Of a DNA stretch of 64,000 nt, positions 61,969 to 64,000 are shown one piece after another. A program made the position numbers and the translations under genes. The stretch spans positions 15,004,001 to 15,068,000 of the forward strand of contig JBHGNT010000018.1 of the NCBI GenBank assembly GCA_043228905.1. The letters run 5' to 3'. The stretch's first letter is position 1. Every line of letters starts with the position of its first letter. The notes under the pieces were generated by a model that saw only the letters and a list, made by a program, of their open reading frames with translations, was not told the DNA's origin and made no database searches. The DNA is from Azolla caroliniana (taxonomy: Eukaryota; Plantae; Polypodiophyta).

Positions 61969-62653
61969 GGGGTGGTCCAGATCGGAGTTACCGATTTTAC
62001 CTATGGTTAAAAAATCAGAAGAAGAAGAAGAAGAAGAAGAAGAAAAAGGAAAAAGACAGGGTAAAAAATCTAGCTCTGCTTTCTGATTTCTGACACACAG
62101 GTGGAGCAGGAGCAGGAGCAGGAGAAGAAGAAAGGAGAAGGAGAAGGAGAAGGAGAAGGAAGCTTCTTCAGCTTCTTTCTATGTAGTACTGTAATGGTGT
62201 GAATAAAGAAGACCAAGAAACCCTCTCTCTCTCTCTCTCTCTCTGTGTCCTGGCCTGCCTCCCATGGCTGGCTTTGTGGGCGATTTGGGAGAAAGAGACC
62301 CTTACCTTTGTGGCCACTTGGGTCGGTCAATTCTCGGGTCGCATCCGTCCGAATGTCCGCCCGCCCACCCATTGGGGTGAACCACCGAATGTGTCTGCCG
62401 ATGGCTGGTCATTCGGATTGATCCGTCCATCCGAATACCTGCCCGCCCGCCCATTGGGGGCGAATCGCTAACTGTGACCACCGAAGACCTGAACCAACAC
62501 AGCACGGGAATATGGGTTTGGCAGTCTCCATTCAATCCATGACCTCAGAAACCTACCTTCCTTCGCAGCGAGCTAGCTACTGCCACTTCAAGTGGTTCCC
62601 ACACTTTCCTTCTCATGTTCCACGTCCATCTTCCCAATGTATCTATCTCGAGT

Positions 62654-62852
62654 GTGTGAGCATGTGATTCTATGGGTAAATGAAAGCATACAAGTATGTA
62701 AACATGTATGCGTATGACACGTATCCTGAGTGAGCGTGTGATTTTGTGTGTAAATGAAAGCATACAAGTATGCATTTGTGTATGCGCATGACACTTATCT
62801 TGAGTGAGCGTGTGATTCTATGTGTAAATGAAAGCATACGAGTAATTTGTAT
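62654..62852 (+). repeat. ~74-bp tandem repeat x3
   Basis: GTGAGC.TGTGATT.T.TG.GTAAATGAAAGCATAC.AGTA recurs three times. Confidence 0.82.
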
Positions 62853-62917
62853 ATGTGTGAGTTCAAGTGCCTTAGTATGTGTATAAGAGCACTTATGTAA
62901 ATTGACTTTGCATAGAT

Positions 62918-62918
<1 letters not shown>

Positions 62919-62980
<62 letters not shown>

Positions 62981-63230
62981 TGTGTGTGTGTGTGTGTTTA
63001 TATTTTATTGTGAGTGTATGTATGTATATGAGCATTTTTGTTTTTATGTATACGTATATATGTGTATATCAATATGCAGAAGTGTGTGTGTGTGTGTGTG
63101 TATTATGTATGTATATGTTTATGTGTATGATTATATATGCATGTGTATTGTATTGGTAAAAATGCTTATATATATGTTAATGTGTAGGATGATTGAGTAT
63201 GTTTGTGTGGGAGTATCTATATGTTGACCT
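62919..63230. repeat. (GT)n microsatellite and degenerate TG/TA tract
   Basis: Direct reading. Confidence 0.9.
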
Positions 63231-64000
63231 GCATGTGCCAGATGAGTTGTGATTGTGTGTATAAATTTCTATGTATATGTGATGTTTATATATGGATGGA
63301 TGTACATACATGTAGATGTAGGGGTATGTTGTGTGGGAGGGGTGTTTTGGGAAATTTGAAGTTTCCCTTGGGTTAGGTCCTTCGGTAACCTAGTATGAAA
63401 GGAAGAGGGAGTGTAACACTGACACAAGAATGGTGTCGTCTGCAACAGATCCAATAACAAAGGCAACAATAAGAGCAGAAGAACTCGCCAATGGTCGCCC
63501 CTCAACCTCCTCTCTTTTCATCTTTCTGCTACTTGTCGGGGTGAGTAGTAGAGAAAGGAGGGTGGAGCATTTCATTTCTCCCTTCCATGGAATTTTCCAC
63601 GAAGGGTCTAGGTCCTCGTGGACCCGATCCGTGAAGGGTTTTCTTTGTCATCGATGTCTTTTGGATGACGGAATGCCTTAGTATAGCGAGTTTGTAATTT
63701 TCCTATTTCAACATGGAAAATGCTTTGGTACTTGGATTTGGATTTGGATTTTTGAGCCGAATATTTTGTTTCGGCCGTCTTGAAGCTTTTTTTTTATGAC
63801 GATGATGGATCCACTAGAACTTTGAGCCAAAATTTCACCTCTTACTAAAATAACTCCTCTTCACATAGATTTATGCTCGAATATTGTGATCCTAATCTGA
63901 AAATTCCCTTGTGATCCTCGAGTAGATATCAATTTTGTAAAAACTTAAAATATACCAAATTGCATCATTCATCAATAAATAAATCGATTTTATAATACAT

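Noticed and set aside
62545-63227. Cys-Val and His-Thr repeat ORFs
   Set aside because: Translations of (GT)n/(CA)n microsatellites.

Overview
This is eukaryotic land-plant nuclear DNA; the PPR motif style and TE content suggest a fern such as Ceratopteris, which is an inference. Positions 1-22 kb are a retroelement stack. A young GC-rich Ty3/Gypsy element (2219-9151; tRNA-Trp PBS, 4-bp TSD, gag-pro / -1 frameshift / pol) sits inside a Ty1/Copia element, which itself interrupts an older Tnt1-like Copia. These are followed by an orphan LTR, a decayed L1-type LINE and a 2.4-kb Gypsy-pol mosaic bounded by ~160-bp inverted repeats in (TA)n. Positions 22-29 kb hold decayed repeats and a PPR gene fragment. 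Positions 29-62 kb carry five minus-strand host genes: an intronless ankyrin-PGG membrane protein, two intronless PLS-E PPR proteins, a 5-exon EBS/SHL-like BAH-PHD gene (GC-AG first intron, duplicated splice donor) and an 8-exon choline-phosphate cytidylyltransferase with a very acidic N-terminus. No rRNA, tRNA or CRISPR was seen. All coordinates and alignments were read by eye.
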